64,000 nt of DNA from Diadema antillarum (Eukaryota). The stretch spans positions 248,001 through 312,000 of the forward strand of contig NW_027271659.1 in the NCBI RefSeq assembly GCF_040938485.1, read 5' to 3'. Positions within the stretch are counted from its first letter, which is position 1; each line of letters starts with the position of its first letter. The notes under the pieces are model-generated. The model was not told the origin of the DNA. It saw only the letters and a program-made list of their open reading frames with translations, and did not search any database. Shown in pieces: positions 41,656 through 54,080 of this stretch. The translations under genes and the position numbers were made by a program.

Positions 41656-42779
41656 GAGAGCGAGACAGGAAGAGAAGATGTAGAATGGTCAAAGACATGC
41701 AAATATACCATGTATACCTTAACATGGTTAATTTATTCGGTTTTAGTGTCACGTCAAACGAAATTTAAAGAAAAAACCCCGTAGAATTCTTGATTGGAGA
41801 AAAAGAAAAGAAAGTCATAATCTATCATCATTCTGTTGTGTTTCTTTTCCCGAAGCTATTTCTACTTTTTTTTTTTAATGTGGAAACTACCAGAACAGAA
41901 GAACAACATATCATCAGCAAACATATTAACCGGTTTCGAGAATATGGAGAGATATAGATACAATTGTTATCGAAACCAGAAATTGATCTTACCATTACTT
42001 GATGAACAAATTACAGTAATTATCAATACAAACGAAGCGACCACAAAACCGATAATACAAATTGCACAATAAAACAAATGACAAACAAGTATAGTGATAC
42101 ATATATTCTCCCCACTGGGTTCGAATCATTAAAGCAAATTGATAGATCATCACTGTTTCCCCCTAGTTTTGAACCATTTACACTGAAAATAAGGTTATTT
42201 GTCTAGAAACAAAGAAAGAAGGAAACACACGAACAAGCATTCTCTCAAAACAAAACAAAACAAAACAAAACACAGTACTAACTTCGGCTTTGATCCATAT
42301 GCGGTGCCTACATTTACAAACCTTTATACGGGCAATAGATTACTGTATCCCAAATTACAATTTTGAGTTCTTCTATCGTCCTAGAGCAAGAATCATTGTT
42401 CCTTTCTTCGAGCGAGGTCTTGATGAAAATAATTCATAAGCAGAAAATGTCAGACTTTGTTTTTCAAGCCATCAAATTTTCATTTCAACCTTTGAGGCGA
42501 GAGCCAAACTGTTGCATCATTCAGGTATCAATATCGACATTGATCGAAAGAGCGTGTTGTTGTCAGGAACGTCCAAACATGCAACCACGTGTAATTACAA
42601 TTAGGACAACAGACCCACGTCCTATTTTCTTTTTAACAATTCCCGCCTCCCCCTCCCCTCTCTCTCTCTTTCACTACCCGTTTGTGTTTTATGTACCATT
42701 GGCATCTTGCTCAGTCCTTCTACTTGTACCTAATATGTTCCTTTGTCTTACTTCTTATTCTACTATTCATCTATCGATC

Positions 42780-42820
<41 letters not shown>

Positions 42821-43279
42821 GTGTATAAATTACTTCTTTATTCATAAGATAATATCACTTCATTATCATTTATTTTTTGTTGTTTTCTGTAATATTATGC
42901 TTAAGTTATAACCAATTCACATATGCGTTCCTTTTCCCCATATTGAGTGCACTGTCAGGCAAATTCTGTCACAGTCAGGTAAATTCTGTCACAGTTTTGA
43001 GGTAACCTCAGTCAATACTAGTGTTCAAGATCGATGATGTTTCTTCAGGGGGGGGGGGGGGTTTACGTACTAGCCTTCGTCATTTGTTGGAAGCACTAAA
43101 ACTGGAAGATCTCTAATTTATGTTCACTTTCTTGGAGTAAAAGGAATTACTATTAGACTTCCTGTATCAATGACGCACTCTGGAAGAAAACAGCTGTGCT
43201 ATAAAAATGTGAAAATCCTTCATTCGGAATCATGAGATTTCATTATTGTTGCGATACCAATGTATCGGGGTCAGAGGTG

Positions 43280-43300
43280 AAAGGCAGACAATAAGGCTGA

Positions 43301-43352
<52 letters not shown>

Positions 43353-43353
43353 G
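43280..43353. repeat. Compound (TTG)n(AAG)n microsatellite
   Basis: Directly visible; gives the spurious poly-L/poly-Q ORF 43243-43602. Confidence 0.95.
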
Positions 43354-43924
43354 AAGAAGAAGAAGAAGAAGAAGTGCCTGTTGCTCCATGTCTAAAGCTG
43401 TATTATTATCCCCACCATTCTCTTCCCAACTAGCAATTCTGAAAGCATTTATGCATTTTACAGGCTTTGGAAAACTCCGATAATGGAACAAATACTTATA
43501 CGAACCACAAAGGAATCTCATGAAAACAAAAATATTGATATTATCTCGTGAAACATAAAGAATTTGTTTACACGATAACAAAACGATACATCTCCAAAAC
43601 ACACACTATTTTTTTTTCTAGAAGGAAATTGATGGGCTTATTAGAGAGCTGGCGGCTGGGGAATGTTCCTAATCCGAGATATGATCAAATGGAATCTTGA
43701 CAAAGAACATCTTTCCTGTTCACATAGATAAAGATGGTATCCCTCTAATTTCAAATCCCTGGCATTTAAGTCACGCATGTCCTAGCTTGTACATGAACTC
43801 TTCTGGCTTATGTTTTCTACATTGTTTTCTATCAAGGTCCTTTGATTTATATCTACGAGTTCGAGGCACCGCAGACGTGAATTCTTTGGGAAATGCATAT
43901 GTTACTGAATCAGAATTGGACTGA

Positions 43925-44150
43925 AGTGAATTGAATTGAATTGTGATGTGTTTCACATGGCCGCTGTAAAAAAAAAAGAGAGAAAGATAAAGAAACAATG
44001 GATATTTGTAGCTGAATATCAAACAACGACAAGACCGGCAGAAGACTAGGTAAGAGTGCTTTGCCCAGGGGCGCAGCCGCTGCTACGTGGGTTCGAACCA
44101 GGGGTCTAATGATTGAAAGCTCTGTTCCTGAGAAACAACGGATCCACACA
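43925..44150 (-). mobile_element. Degenerate CORE-like tRNA SINE
   Basis: The plus strand reads a (GAATT)n tail, then GTGCTTTGCCCAGGGGCGCAGCCG (CORE-like) and GGGTTCGAACC (tRNA-head-like), the layout of a reversed CORE-type SINE. Confidence 0.45.
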
Positions 44151-45103
44151 CCTCACCTGATAAAATCCACCCATCCTCGTTATTCTTTTATTCAGCAGCC
44201 AGTCTATCATCTTGTTAGCATCGTTGCAGACATTTCCTTCATGTGGGACTGGACACTCCTTTCATATCGATAACGCCTCGTAGCATATTTGCGTTTGGTA
44301 CATTATTTCAATAACTGTAAAATGTATGAGAAGATCAACCTTGGAACTTTCAGTTTTTATCGAGTTTGTTATGACTCCGAATAGTGCAGGGCTACTTGAC
44401 TTTCTTATAACAGGGATAAACTTTTCGTCTCGACTGTGAATAATTGGATCGGCGTTTCCATATCGTTTTGAAGTCAATAAGATTCTAGCATTTAGAATAA
44501 AAGGCGGATAGATGGACGTTTACACGGCCGATTATGGAAACAAAAAGAGAGAGAAACTCCAAAGTGACAGTCAAATAACAGCATGTAAAATCAAACGGAT
44601 TTCTAAAGTAAAATGAGAGATACGCGAGATGCTTTTAATCATGCTCTGTAAGATGTCTTCGTTTTCTTGGATTTCTTTTCTTTTCTTCGGATATCGTATT
44701 GATGTAACGGACAAGAAAATATTTGAAGAGTGAATAGTACTTTTGCTTTAGTAAAATCGCGTCATTTTGATTTCGTTACGGAAGCGGCGCTCGCAATGTA
44801 TTCCAACCGTAGTTCCATAAGTAAGTCAGCAAGGTTCTTTGTTTCATAGGGCCTCTTTCTCGTTTGCCTCGAATATGCATATGGAAACTTTGACATATTA
44901 CGTTCCTGATGTGAAGCAGTGAATTTGAGATTGCTTTCGTCCTTCTACTGGACAGTGAATTGTGGCCAGGATTTCCCAAGCATTTGTTATATAATCCGCC
45001 TTGTAATGATCTCGATGTCAACTATCCTGACATTCATCGCCCATCGGTCAAAACCCTCATAAAGGCGGGCTTATATTACAGATTTTGATCTTTTATTATT
45101 CTG

Positions 45104-45395
45104 CTCTCTAAAAAAAAATCGAGTGAAAATATCCACTCTTAAAGGAGTGAATACAAAAAAGAGTGAAATTAGAGTGAAATTGGAGTGAATTTGGAGTGAA
45201 AATGTTCATTTTCACTCGTTTGAGAGTGACGTCAGGGATCCCTCCAAAATCTTCGAGTGATCACTGAGGTCACTCCAAAATGAGTGAAAATGAACATTTT
45301 CACTCCAAATTCACTCCAATTTCACTCTAAATTCACTCTTTTTTTGTATTCACTCCTTTAAGAGTGAATATTTTCACTCGATTTTTTTTAGAGCG
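45104..45395. mobile_element. Palindromic (foldback) MITE with GAGTGAA subrepeats
   Basis: Near-perfect inverted arms of about 120 bp (45104-45225 and 45275-45395), with CTCTAAAAAAAATCGAGTGAAAATAT termini. Confidence 0.85.
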
Positions 45396-47684
45396 TAACC
45401 TTCGGTTATCTTAGATTTGGAGATGGGTTCATATTTTAGGATAACCTCAAAATCACATAACTGTGTAAGGATCCAGACATGCGACTCGATTATTGATTCG
45501 ATTCTAATATATGCGTTATATCTCTATTCATCGCTGACGTTTATTTTATTTAGTTTACACACTCGATCAAGTCCTATAAATATTTCATGCCCAGGGATGC
45601 ATTTTTTTTTTGGTTAGTTTACAAATTGTGGTTACTGATTCATCTCCATGTGCGTGCCCCAGTGCCGTCTTTTCGATAGCATTCATGTGCTCAACCAAGT
45701 CCTTAGTGCCTCATAGAAAGAACATCATTATTCAGGATGGGTGACATGAGTCAATACTCGATGGTTCACATACGTGGTGTTGTCGGTCTTTCTTGTCTTT
45801 CTCCACTTTGGCATTCCATCATGCTCTGTGTCTAGCCAAGTATGTATGAACCCCATTATAAATTCTTTTTAAAATTCATTATGAATTCTCCTTTAAATCG
45901 AAATAAAATCTGGCCGAAAAACAAACAAACAAATAAGCAAACCAAACGCCTGACTTTGCACTTTTTAGTTTTCGTTTTTCGATTTTGACGTTCCATCCGT
46001 CTGTTACCCAACCTTGATGTATTGAAATTGATCAAAATGTAAATAAATCACTTTCCAGTACAAACAGTGCCATGTCATCTGATACGTGCGCGAAATCGTG
46101 AAATGCGTACGAACAATCAGCCCGGCAGGTTGCGTATTTAAGTTCTCCGTATCTCTTTTCCTCTGGCCCCGTGCATCTCCCTCATTCTTTCACCTGCCCC
46201 CCCTTTTTTTCCTACCATCAATACACCACCACCACACTCTCTCCCTCTTTATGTCCTCCTACCCCCCCCCCTCTCTCTCCCTCTCACTCTCCTCTTTCCC
46301 CCAATACATCTTAAATCTCACAAACTTACTCTCAGTTTTGCTCTAACGCTGTTTGCTAAGTACTCAAGAGAGCTCCCCTTCCGCTATCTTTCGATCTCTT
46401 GGCGTAGCTACGCATATGACGACGGTCCCTTGTCCCCACATAAATGTACTGTCTTCTTTTGGAAATCTATATCTTCCATCTCTATATCTCTTTCTTCAGT
46501 ATATATGTTTGGATCTCCCTCTCCCCCACCCTCACGTTCTCTCTTTCTCTGTTTGTCTCTCTCCCTCTCCTCCTATTCCCTTCTCCAAACTATGCCTGTC
46601 TCTCTCCATCTCTATCTCTAGCCCCCCCCCCCCCCCCCACCCCTTTCCTCTCTCTTGCCTTTAGATGGCTGGCCGTATTTACAAATCCTCAAATCCATCC
46701 AGTATGGATGCAAGCGAGGGTGCGTGGTGAAAGTTTGTGCATATGCTCACACCCTTGCAGGCACAGACAAGCTTCGACGGTTCATTTTCGCCTGAAAGCT
46801 TTGGCATTTGAGGCACATTTCTCGGCAAAAAATATAGGCCAGGGTAGAATCCAAGTGATCTTGCCATTTTGTTTGAGAGAGATCGCAGTGACCGGATAAA
46901 GTGGTATATTGCCGACCTGTGTAGAGCTGTTTCCGAAGCTATTTCAGCCAGATAACTCGTTTTTATTTTTATCTATAACGACAATACTTTTTTTTCGGTT
47001 TGATTGACTTGACATCTCCGGATGACACTCAAACGTTGGCGCCTCCTTTGATCCCTGTCGTAAAAGAAGTGGCGGACTTTTCGGGGTCAACAACATACAA
47101 ACATCATAATCACACCATCTCTTCTCGAGGAAAAGTTCAGACTTCATGTTGAGAGAAAATGTAGCAGGAGGACGCAAACTAAAAATATCATAGCTGTCTT
47201 ATTTCAAAAGCGAAGAGAACGTCACTTGCTTCATTTCAAACGAGTCAGCCAGTCAGTCATTCAGTCAACGGACACTTCTGTCAAACAGCGCTGTTACAAT
47301 ACAGCGATTAGCAGGGTCATCCCTCCTTTGAACTAAATATCAGTACGTTTGAAATATATCTTTGTATATACGTATGTATATAATTGACAGAAAATACGAT
47401 ACAGTGCAATACGATACAATACAAAACAATATAATACAATACAATACAATGCAATACAATACAATACAATACACACAGTCAGTCTCAATTGTAATTCTTC
47501 AATATCCTTTTTTAGTTAGCGTCATTGTCAGCTACCAGTTCAATCGTGCCCATTTCCTTTTCTTCTTCCTTTCTTTTTTTTTTTTGGGGGGGGGGGAGGA
47601 AGGGGCAAGCCATATGGTGTCACAACTTCGCACATACTAGTTATTCTATCGCCTTCTGAAATTTGTGGGGATTGATATCATCCA

Positions 47685-47698
47685 GTAACCATGGAAAC
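47685..47698. promoter_or_regulatory. RFX X-box motif
   Basis: GTAACCATGGAAAC matches the RFX consensus GTNRCC-AT-RGYAAC-type palindrome. Motif match only. Confidence 0.5.
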
Positions 47699-47735
47699 TA
47701 GACAGATCTCAAGCACCTGCCATGGCATTCTCTAC

Positions 47736-47812
47736 CTTCCTCCTCCTCCTCCTTCTCCTCCTCCTCCTCCTCTTCCTCCTCCTCCTCCTCCTCCTCCTCT
47801 TCCTCCTCTCTT
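47736..47812. repeat. (CCT)n tract
   Basis: Directly visible; source of the spurious poly-P/poly-E/poly-R ORFs. Confidence 0.9.
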
Positions 47813-48371
47813 TCCCTCTCTGATCTCTTCTCATCAAGCCCCCCCCCCAAGGAAAAAAAAGGAGTCCAGAAACAAAACCAAAACAAATCATCTCCTTTTG
47901 AAATCAATCTCCAGAACGCACGACCCTCTCTCCAAGTCCTCTTTGCCAGAGTGCAAGAGCCGCTGGCATTTCCATAATTGCCCTTCCCTACCACCGGCCA
48001 TTAGAAAGAGAGAATCACTGGCGTGGGTCTGTCCGTCTGTAGCCCATTTTGACATACACAGGGAATATCCTGATGCTGCTACCTTTCGTCAATAATTCAC
48101 GCCGGAAGATTAACACATGCAATAGCTAATGGACCGTTGCTTGTTGATTCAATAGGGAATTGCAGACATAGCGGGACACGAAACAACAACAACAACAACA
48201 ACAACAACGAAGAGCAGCTTTGAATCTGTGGATAAAATTTCTCGTGCCAAGGTCTTGATCCTGGAAGTGTGTTCCTATTCATGTACGAATACTTGCGACA
48301 CGCTCCTTTCAAAAGTACAACACAAAGCATAACCAACAGTCCGAAGCAACCAGCAAAATTCATAAATGCAC

Positions 48372-48740
48372 TTAAAGGCACAATTTACCATATGCAGACG
48401 AAACAAAAACCCAGCTTCAGTGCTTCAAAATAGTTGTAAAATGTGAGCTAGGGATAGAAACAACCAGTGTAAAAAAGTTAATATCAGTTTAATCAATGTT
48501 ACGTATTGTTAAATGTAAAAAAATGTGAACAATAGCTATGATAAAATTGTGTCTAGACTAAGCCGTCTATAAGTTATGGTTCAGTGAGAAAATCGTGACA
48601 TCACCTCATATTTTAGGTTTTATTGCAAAATATTTATATGGTAGGATGTTTTGTGATACGACTGGCCTACACATATGCATCAATGTGACAACTTGAGCAT
48701 TTTTTCAATCTCTGTTCCCAATGGTAAGCAGTACATTTAA
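48372..48740. mobile_element. TTAA-flanked MITE, Kolobok-like termini
   Basis: Left TTAA-AGGCACAATTTACCAT; right (reverse complement) TTAA-ATGTACTGCTTACCAT. Imperfect TIR. Confidence 0.55.
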
Positions 48741-50551
48741 CTTAATGGATATAGACGATAAAATACCAGTTCACGACAATTTTTGTTTGACAATAAATCA
48801 GAAACACAGAACTATTTTTTCTATACCGTCACTTCCTCTCGCTTTTCTTTTCGGTGTTTCTCCATTTTGCCTGCCATTTAATTGGTGCTGATTTTCAACA
48901 GTCGCGTCAATTTCATTCGATTTCTAATCAATTTTCTCCTTGCGCGGAGTCAATTATTTTCACATCGCGCTTAATCGAGACATTCCGAATCCTCGAGGAA
49001 GTTATTAGAAGTGGTTTCCTTGCAGTACACTCGCGGGGAGGGAAAGAAGGTAAGAAAATGGCTTGACAGTGAGGGTGAGAGATCGATGGATAAAGGGTGA
49101 AAGACGGGGGAGAGGAGCGTAAGTGTTAAGTAAACGGTGACGCCACAATACCACGGCGTCGTCCGCGGTGTAGCACTTCTCATAAACCTCTTGGCACTGT
49201 CTAGCAGCTCCAGCATTTCTGTGTAAAGATGCCTCGAAATTCTCGGCCGCAGATGAGTGGGCTGTCCCGAAATCTCATTCACGAGAGTTGTTCGGCGTGA
49301 CGAACATCTAAACTTTATTCCATCTTGTCAAGATGTCATGCAGAAGATTTGGGCTGCATCTAAGAAGTTTTTTAGTCTCCATGTCTATTGGAAACATTAT
49401 TAAGCTCGGATGTTGATTGCATTGTGAGGCAGGGAGCGTAAAGCTTATAAGCATCCGAAGAAGACGGCATAATGTTTATGGAAAATCTCCACAGCTAGGA
49501 AATAATTGCTCGAATCGATCCTTTAATATCGTGAGAGCTTTATCGGAGAGTGTTATACCTATTCCCTGACTCTTCAAAGGATCCTTGATGTAGTTTAAGC
49601 TTCAACAGTGAATCAAAGAACTATAATCATGCGCATTAGATTTTTAATCAACTGTTTAACTGTTGAATGCACGAACATTAAAGTTAAAAAATTGGAGCAG
49701 CATCAATTTCCTCTTTCCTTTACCTTTGTTTTGCCTGTGAGGTGCGGAATCTTTCTCAAATTTTAATGAAATGTAATGAGCTCGGTATGGAAGACATGTC
49801 TAGAGTTGATAATCTCTGATTTCAAGTTAGAGGACCCTCCTCGGCGTTTAGTCTTCGTGAATTTATTTTGCTTGATACAATAGCAGCGATCGAAAGAAGA
49901 ATGCCCTAGCCCCTTCCTCACCATCGATACCATCACTATGCAGTGCATGTATAAGTGGGTCACATGTGACTTTGGTCTGAGGGCGGTAATTATGCAGAGA
50001 TTCTCTAAACGACCACTACGATTACAAGAGAGTAACACAACCAAACCGCCGTTAGAAAGAAGATACAAAACCAACACGATAGATACACACAAGAAAACTC
50101 ACCCCAACATCCTTTTTTTTTTTCCCCAGAGAAAGTTCAGAGGAATTCTAGCTCAAATGCTTCCCTGGGTCTAGCGGGATAAAAAACAAAATCATATTCT
50201 GCCTGCAGTTGCTTTAAGCTGATCTCTCGAAAATAATCTTTTTAAGCTGGATTCGCTCCTACACTCACGTACGCTAATTCAATTTCTCGGCTCTGTTCCA
50301 GCGTCTTTTTCTTTTCACCTACCTGTGGATTTGTGCGCGGAGTACACAGACTTTAAGCAGGTAGTAAGTTAGCGCGAAAAAAACAGAATAATCATCCACA
50401 ACCACCCACATTCAACACTGTGCTGCAGTTCATTAGCGGTTTTTTTTTTTCGTCACTTTAAATCAATCGACAAAGAAGTGAAGTCATCATGGATAACATA
50501 ATGAACTGAAAAGAAGAAAAAAACAGAAGGAAGGTTTGGAAGCAGTCTTAC

Positions 50552-50671
50552 CTCTTTCGTATCCCTGGTTTCCCTTGCTGGTCTACATTCCGCTTTATGC
50601 GCCACCGAAGAGAGCATTAAAACCAAGTTGACGATTAGAAAAAGTCCCAGGGAGTTCGAAAGAAACTTCAT
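50552..50671 (-). CDS. PPLNP1: First coding exon (signal peptide plus N-terminal propeptide) of pedal peptide-like neuropeptide precursor 1; partial, downstream exons not found
   Basis: ATG at 50671 (GCAATGA). 40 codons, MKFLSNSLGLFLIVNLVLMLSSVAHKAECRPARETRDTKE, with a hydrophobic h-region and likely cleavage after AEC. Phase-0 donor GAG|GTAAGA at 50552/50551. Ungapped match of about 24/40 to the S. purpuratus PPLNP1 N-terminus as I recall it (MKFSGNGRGAFLVVNLIFVLCLVDHMAECRPARKTRDVDE); not database-verified. Confidence 0.85.
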
Positions 50672-51117
50672 TGCTGCTTTCTTCCTCGTTGAACAACCCA
50701 CAGATAAATAGGGCAAAATGAAAGACGAAACTTCCTCGCAACTGTCTTTTTCTTCTTTAACTCAAATCTACCAAACACACATTAAGTTGCCTGAGTCCTA
50801 CGGACAGAGCTATAGCTGAGCACTGGACGTCGCAGTCTTCTGCGCTTTAACTGAATACTCGATAGGGATGTGGACGGGGTAAATAGCCGACTGATGCCCG
50901 GCTGGTCCGCCGGATGTGGTGGATACGTCTCTACTCGTCTGCTCGCGTGCTCCACCTTGGCTTGTGGTGAAAGCACACACGGTGTTGCCAAGCACGGATG
51001 AACGGGATTCTTCCAAGAATGTGTGTGTCCGCGTACGACGGCCGCTTCACTACTGAAGGAAAAAAAAATCGCGGCAAGAGATTGATGCCTCGCCAGGGAT
51101 GAATGATATATCAATGT
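50672..51117 (-). other. Predicted 5' UTR of the neuropeptide gene
   Basis: Lies between the predicted TSS and the ATG. GC/CpG-rich, with only one upstream ATG on the sense strand (50782, uORF M-C-V-W-stop) against many on the opposite strand. Confidence 0.55.
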
Positions 51118-51198
51118 GGGTATGAGTTGGGCGGGTTTTTTTTTTATAGACACACACGCGCTGCCTGATGACGACGCAGAACCCTGACTTTTCATTGG
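51113..51198 (-). promoter_or_regulatory. Core promoter of the neuropeptide gene: CCAAT box, TATA box, initiator
   Basis: On the minus strand: CCAAT at 51198-51194, TATAAAA at 51148-51142 and Inr-like CCACATT with A(+1) at 51117. The A(+1) is 31 nt from the TATA and about 80 nt from the CCAAT, the canonical spacing. The surroundings are CpG-rich. Confidence 0.65.
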
Positions 51199-52455
51199 CC
51201 AGAACGACAAACGCACAGTCCAATGATGTAATCTTCGTTTTATGCGTTCTCGCCATATACCTACGTCTGTTTGTATGTATGTACATGTATGTATGTATGT
51301 ATGTATGATGGCTTATGTGTTTGTATGTATGTAAGTATGTATGTATGTATGTATCAATGTCTTAGCATATTTATAATTACATCTACATGTTCTTCTATTT
51401 ATCTACAGTATGTATTTTTGTTGTCTGTCTGTCTGTCTGTCTCTGTCTCTCTGTCTTTCTGTGTCTCTTTCTCTCTGTTTTTTTTTTATCATGTTCGATT
51501 AAGCTCGTATAATGTCAGATTAGGCAGTGATTTATTTATGAGATAATCTCTACGTCTCTGTGACTGAATTCGAGAAGACCTATTCAGGCACACGGGAGGG
51601 GCGTCAAGAGAAAAGTGCTCTATTACTATACGCTGATGGTCCCACCCTCCGGCGGCTTTGCTGTCTCGCCTCTCAGGAGAAAGAGGATTTCGATGGTCAG
51701 TCTTGCGTGGGTGAGCGCCAATTCTTGACCACATTCTCTTGGACATCGTAAAGTGGATTAATTACAAATCGATATACTCCTTTGTTGTGACGCCCTTACT
51801 CGTAACCGCGTGAGGAGGAAACGTCGCTATTACAGGTGCAGAGAGAGTGAAAGTACCGTGTCGCTGGCGTCTCCGGTCCCTTACGTGGCCCGTAGAAAGC
51901 ACCGGAAAGGGCGTCTTTCCGGCTATTTGGGTTTCGATCCGACTATACGCCCATTAAAGTGCACCGACTTTGTGATTTGGTCATGCAGTAATCCGATAAT
52001 CAGCAATCACGGCGCAAGCTTCAATCCTGATTGTTGTATCTATTTTTTTAGGCCTTTGCATTCTTTGTCTCAGGCAGGCTTTTGAAAGCTGTGGATATCC
52101 TCAGCGTTACCCCCTGTTGCACTCTGAAGTGTAAGGTTACCGTCCAAGCGCTCATCAGAGCTAATGAGTAAATCTCATTTCAAGTAGCCAGAATATTAAC
52201 ATTATCGGACTCTATCAAGCCACATACATACTCACAAACACACCCACAAAAAGATAGCCAAAATGATAATAACAATGGTGATGATGATGATAACAATAAT
52301 AATGATAATAACAATAATGATAATAGTAAGAGAAGTAGTAGTAGTAGTAATAATAATAACAATAATAATAATAATAATAAAGATTGATATTTGATTGTCC
52401 TTATTCAAAATGTCAATATTACAGCGCTTTACAAAAAGGAGGTTATTACACAACA

Positions 52456-52760
52456 TTAAAGAGGATCTCCAGACCAGTTTAAAGTTAAACCATGTAAACT
52501 GAAAAGGAAGAGTTAAATTGTAGAAGCACAACATTGGACATTTGATCAAAATGGCACTGAAAGTGAGTAAATTCTGAAATTTGAAAGATTCACGAATTTT
52601 TGCAATACAGTTCTCAAACAGTTGATATGAATATGCTAATTAGTGAGGTAATGATGTCATAACCTTTTTATTCATCTGGCGTTTATCATTCCAACCTCAT
52701 AATTTTCCATTGATCGTGTACAAAGACGTTACGGGGAAAAAAATCCTCTGCTATATAGGT
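52456..52760. mobile_element. Truncated TTAA-AG-type MITE
   Basis: Starts TTAAAGAGGATCTCCAGACC, similar to the termini of 30191-30670. Internal GAATATGCTAATTAGTGAGGTAATGATGTCAT is typical of these families. Right end not identified. Confidence 0.4.
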
Positions 52761-53039
52761 GTAAAATATGTTATCCCCGGCCTATCACTTTGGAATAATG
52801 ATAAGTCAGATATATTAGTATATAGTAGACCGGGACATAATTGCGTTTGAATAAAGAAAAGAAAATAACACGTAAAGACTTTATGTTCTACACACTACAA
52901 TCATGGTAATGTGTGAAGCTGACATCATCAACTCATTATTTGCATGTCTACATTGACTGTTCAAGAATTCTTTTATAAAAAATCAGCGAAACCTTACAAT
53001 TCCATAACTGCCCCAATCTTTATCCCATTTTCATTCATT

Positions 53040-53700
53040 CATTCATTCATTTATTTCCATATCAAAACATAACATCTACAAATATCAAAACACAATTGCC
53101 TTGGTACGTTTATACATTTTGAATGGAGGGATCATAGGAAGCACACACGAGGCTTGTTGGAAATGATCCCATGATTTTGACCAAAGTTTCAATGATGTCC
53201 TTGTAAAATTTTACTCTTTCTTTATAAACTAACGTTTAACGGATTCTCCTTTAACAAATATAATATCTATAGAAGTACAAATCTACATTATGAATTAAGC
53301 ATCTTATAATTACAGGTCTATTACAATTTGCGGCGTAAATGAGCTTTAATTGATTCTTAATTGAGGTAATTGTTGGAAATTCACCAATCGATGATTAACT
53401 GCATGGGGTAATAATTTGGAGCATAACAAACACAACACACAAACTCTACCATGCATATGCATGCCTCATCCTTCTCTTCTTATACATACATGTAAAAAGG
53501 TGTAATCTTAAAAATTACAAGCGAACCAAACTAAAAAGTTAACGCATAGGACTGATCAAAATTTCAATACTAATAACTTCAGATTGTCGGATCTTTTTGC
53601 AAATTCCCTTTTGCTGCTATTGGAAATGGTATATTGAAGTTTTTACTGTAGTCTCATTTGTTCGTAAAGTAATTTTAATTGTTATGTAAACTATTTACTG
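53040..53700 (-). mobile_element. Probable decayed 3' end of a CR1/L2-type LINE
   Basis: (CATT)n tail at about 53030-53055, a 3'UTR-like block at about 53135-53190 and weak ORF2 C-terminal-like translation (NFNIPFP, REFAKRS). Highly degenerate. Confidence 0.4.
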
Positions 53701-53844
53701 ATGTGTTTTTTAGGCTGATGTATAGTACGTTTCCTTTATTGTTTGTGTGTGTTCTTATACAATAATGTATTTGTCTTTTCTCGTTTTGGAACAGCGCTTA
53801 GAAACTTTAATGTAATTTGCACTATTGTCTTTCCAAAAATTGTT

Positions 53845-53856
53845 TATCATTACTAC

Positions 53857-53901
<45 letters not shown>

Positions 53902-54080
53902 AAGTAGTGCTAGTAGTAATAGTAGTAGTATTTGCATTATAATCATTATTGTCATTATTAATATTATTGTTGTTATTATCATTATTATTATCATAATTAT
54001 TATTGTTGTTGTTATCATTATTATTATCATAATTATCATTATTTTTGTTATCATTATCATCATCATCATCATTATATCAT
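53845..54080. repeat. Compound (TAG)n/(ATT)n/(ATC)n low-complexity tract
   Basis: Directly visible; a similar tract lies at 52260-52380. Confidence 0.9.
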
